A stretch of 63,648 bases of DNA, filler included, from Intoshia linei (Eukaryota > Animalia > Orthonectida): NCBI GenBank assembly GCA_001642005.1. It is 6 parts of 6 records of this genome, joined end to end, with 100 filler letters (N's around TTAATTAATTAA, not from the genome) between each part and the next. Parts side by side here need not be neighbours in the genome. Positions count along the whole stretch, not along the records: positions 57,596 to 61,680 come from LWCA01001990.1; positions 61,781 to 63,648 come from LWCA01002476.1; 4 more parts are not named here. One strand, written 5' to 3'. The translations under genes were made by a program, and so were the position numbers. Of the stretch, positions 61,501 through 63,648 are shown in pieces (position 1 is the stretch's first letter; each line of letters starts with the position of its first letter). The notes below the pieces were generated by a model. The model searched no databases. It saw only the letters and a program-made list of their open reading frames with translations, and was not told where the DNA came from.

Positions 61501-63648
61501 TTGACAGAAATCAAAACAATCGATGCAAAAACAATTGAAAACCTCACGAAATCCATGGATCAACGACTTTTTATTGTAATATCCCGGAAAGGGGTATAAT
61601 AATGTGTAAACTTTAATTAGATTTTGTTTTGCTTGAATTTGGTTTAAAATACAATGGATTATATTATTTAAATATTTAAANNNNNNNNNNNNNNNNNNNN
61701 NNNNNNNNNNNNNNNNNNNNNNNNTTAATTAATTAANNNNNNNNNNNNNNNNNNNNNNNNNNNNNNNNNNNNNNNNNNNNTGTTTTCGGTACTATTGATA
61801 TGAAATTAACAAATGGCCACACACTACATTGTTTTATAACTAATACAAACAATATTCTAGGTTGCAGAGATGCCTTAAAATTGGAAATATTAAACGTACG
61901 AAATGTAACCGAATATACATCTTTGAAAACCATTAATTGTGAATTTATAAAAATTATAAATAAATATTCGGACGTAATTTGTAATAAAATAAGATTAATC
62001 TCAGTTGCAGAACATAACATTAATCTAATCGATGAATCAAAAATGAAATCATCTAAGTCATACCCACTAAGTATTAATCTACGTGAAGCATATAAGTTGT
62101 TTATACAAAATCTATTAGATAAAGGTTTAATAGAAGAAAGTAACGGTCATTTTTGTTCGAATTTTTTTTTAAAACGAAAACCTGATGGAACATTTAGGGG
62201 TCTCACAGATTATCGTAATTTAATATCATTTACTATCAAAGATAAATATCCAGTTCCACACCTGAAAACGTGTTTAAACTTTATGGAAGGTAAAAAGATT
62301 TTCTTTAAACTCGATTTAAACAGTGCCTATTATCAAATTCCTCTAGCAAAAGAGAACAGACGGAAAACAGCATTTCCGTGTGGTTCAAAATTGTACCAAT
62401 TTAAAGTAATGGCGCAAGGATTGTCCACTGCTCCCGCAACTTGTCAGCGCACAATGGATATCATTTTTAAAGACCATAAAAATGTAATGGTATATCTAGA
62501 TGATATTATCGTAGCGTCAAATAATGTACACCAACACATGAAACATTTAAATGGCGCCTTGGAAGCTCTTCGGTTAGCCAAATGTGCCATAGGAATGTCT
62601 GAAATTAACATACTTAGACATGTTATAAATCAAGACGGAATCAAAATTGATGAATGAAGAGTAGATATAATTGGTAATATTAAGTCACATAATACTCTTC
62701 GAAAATTACGACGGTTCCTCGGAATGTGTAATTTCTATAGACGTTTCATTGAAAAATATGCGGATATATGTGAACCGATGACGCATTTACTAAAAAAAAT
62801 GCATTTGATATTATTAAGGAAAACATCAAACATGCCCCTCTGTTGGCCTTACCGAAACAAGGAGTTGATTTTGTTCTTGAATGCGATGCATCAAATGTGA
62901 GAATTTGATCAGTATTACTACAAAATGGACGCGTGGTAGAGTTTTTTAGTAAACAACTTACTGTTACAGAAAATAACTCAACAACGGAAAAAGAATTTCT
63001 CGCTGTTATTAAAAGTTTCGATAAATTTCGGACTTATGTTTTAGGTCGTTATGTACAGGTAATTACCTATTATAACCCTTTGGTTTATATGAAAAAATCA
63101 AAAGCAGAAAACCTTCAAGATTCCTTATCGGGAAATAATTTGGTAATGAAGGTGTAATGTTACTACAGTAATATATTATTGTAAAGTTCTTATAACCAGA
63201 ACTGTAGATTACATTATAGCTGTATAGCATTATTTATTTTACGTTAATACAGAATTTACATTACTTTAATACTCTCTATCAAAACATTACAGTACCATAA
63301 ATACTTTCAAATGGCTACAAAAATTAGATCGGTTAGATGCATTGACGGTAAATTAAATAATGACACCGTTAATCGGATTAAAATTAATAATAATCATAAA
63401 AAATATAATAATAATAAATTTCAGTTCAAAATATTATGGGTATTTTTAAATTGCAGAGCAGGCCGATGTTTTTGTAATAATATTCAAAAACAAACAGCGC
63501 AGATGTTATATTTATTGCATTTCTCAGACCGTACGGTCCTTTATTTTTTTCATTTCTAAAATTCAATCAAAAAGTTAACACCTTAATATCTCCATAAAAA
63601 TATTTTATATTATATTTTAGGTTAAAAAAGAAAGTGCTAGAACATAAT
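58598..63648 (+). CDS. Cadherin-family protein (Cad23/protocadherin-like), membrane-proximal part; continues beyond window
   Basis: VDRELRSEYKL, IKDINDNPP and YDVD cadherin motifs; TM segment LILTFGSIVFALVILFVAFIFGFLIY-RK; in-frame splice from 60449 to exon 63621 (RLKKKVLEHN). Confidence 0.8.
60869..61680 (+). mobile_element. Tc1-like DD37E (TRT-type) transposon, internally deleted
   Basis: TA|CACTGCGTTCTAAGTTATTATGCAAAT terminus; FTDESRISLDGPD, MIWAGI, MHD-x37-E with WPPNSPDLNFIENIW. Confidence 0.85.
61781..63291 (+). mobile_element. Ty3/Gypsy LTR retrotransposon relic (RT and RNase H, integrase deleted)
   Basis: KPDGTFR..DYRNL, KLDLNSAYYQI, KTAF, QGLSTAPAT, VYLDDII and RNase H ECDAS/EKEFLAV. 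Stops and frameshifts after 62657. Confidence 0.9.
63153..63291 (+). repeat. Putative 139-bp 3' LTR
   Basis: TGTAATGTT...AACATTACA perfect 9-bp terminal inverted repeat, preceded by a short purine run GAAGG. Confidence 0.6.

Overview
Very AT-rich eukaryotic (metazoan) genomic scaffold with five 100-bp N gaps, each padded with an artificial TTAATTAATTAA linker. Genes are split by many ~33-47 bp GT-AG micro-introns plus a few kb-sized introns filled with transposon debris. This resembles the compact genome of the orthonectid Intoshia linei, but that is an inference only. Recognisable host genes, in order: transgelin/calponin-like, CaMKI, HINT, TMEM62, RUVBL1 (3' end missing), PEDS1/TMEM189 (5' end missing, antisense tRNA-Leu(CAA) in an intron), a probable Venus kinase receptor-type RTK (truncated at a gap), VGLUT/SLC17, ESS2/DGCR14 (- strand), Mcr-type thioester protein, a CLC-3/4/5 fragment (- strand) and a cadherin. 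Mobile elements: an abundant non-autonomous Helitron family (A|TC...CTRR|T, including a head-to-tail tandem), hAT elements with 8-bp TSDs, a MULE/SWIM relic, two DD37E Tc1-like relics, piggyBac relics, a mariner-like fragment, a foldback MITE and a deleted Gypsy element with a short LTR. The most notable observations are host-sized spliceosomal introns inside Tc1 and piggyBac transposase relics, an atypical Helitron 3' hairpin, and a PLDLS/C2H2 reading frame cut off by a Helitron. All exon structures were deduced by eye.
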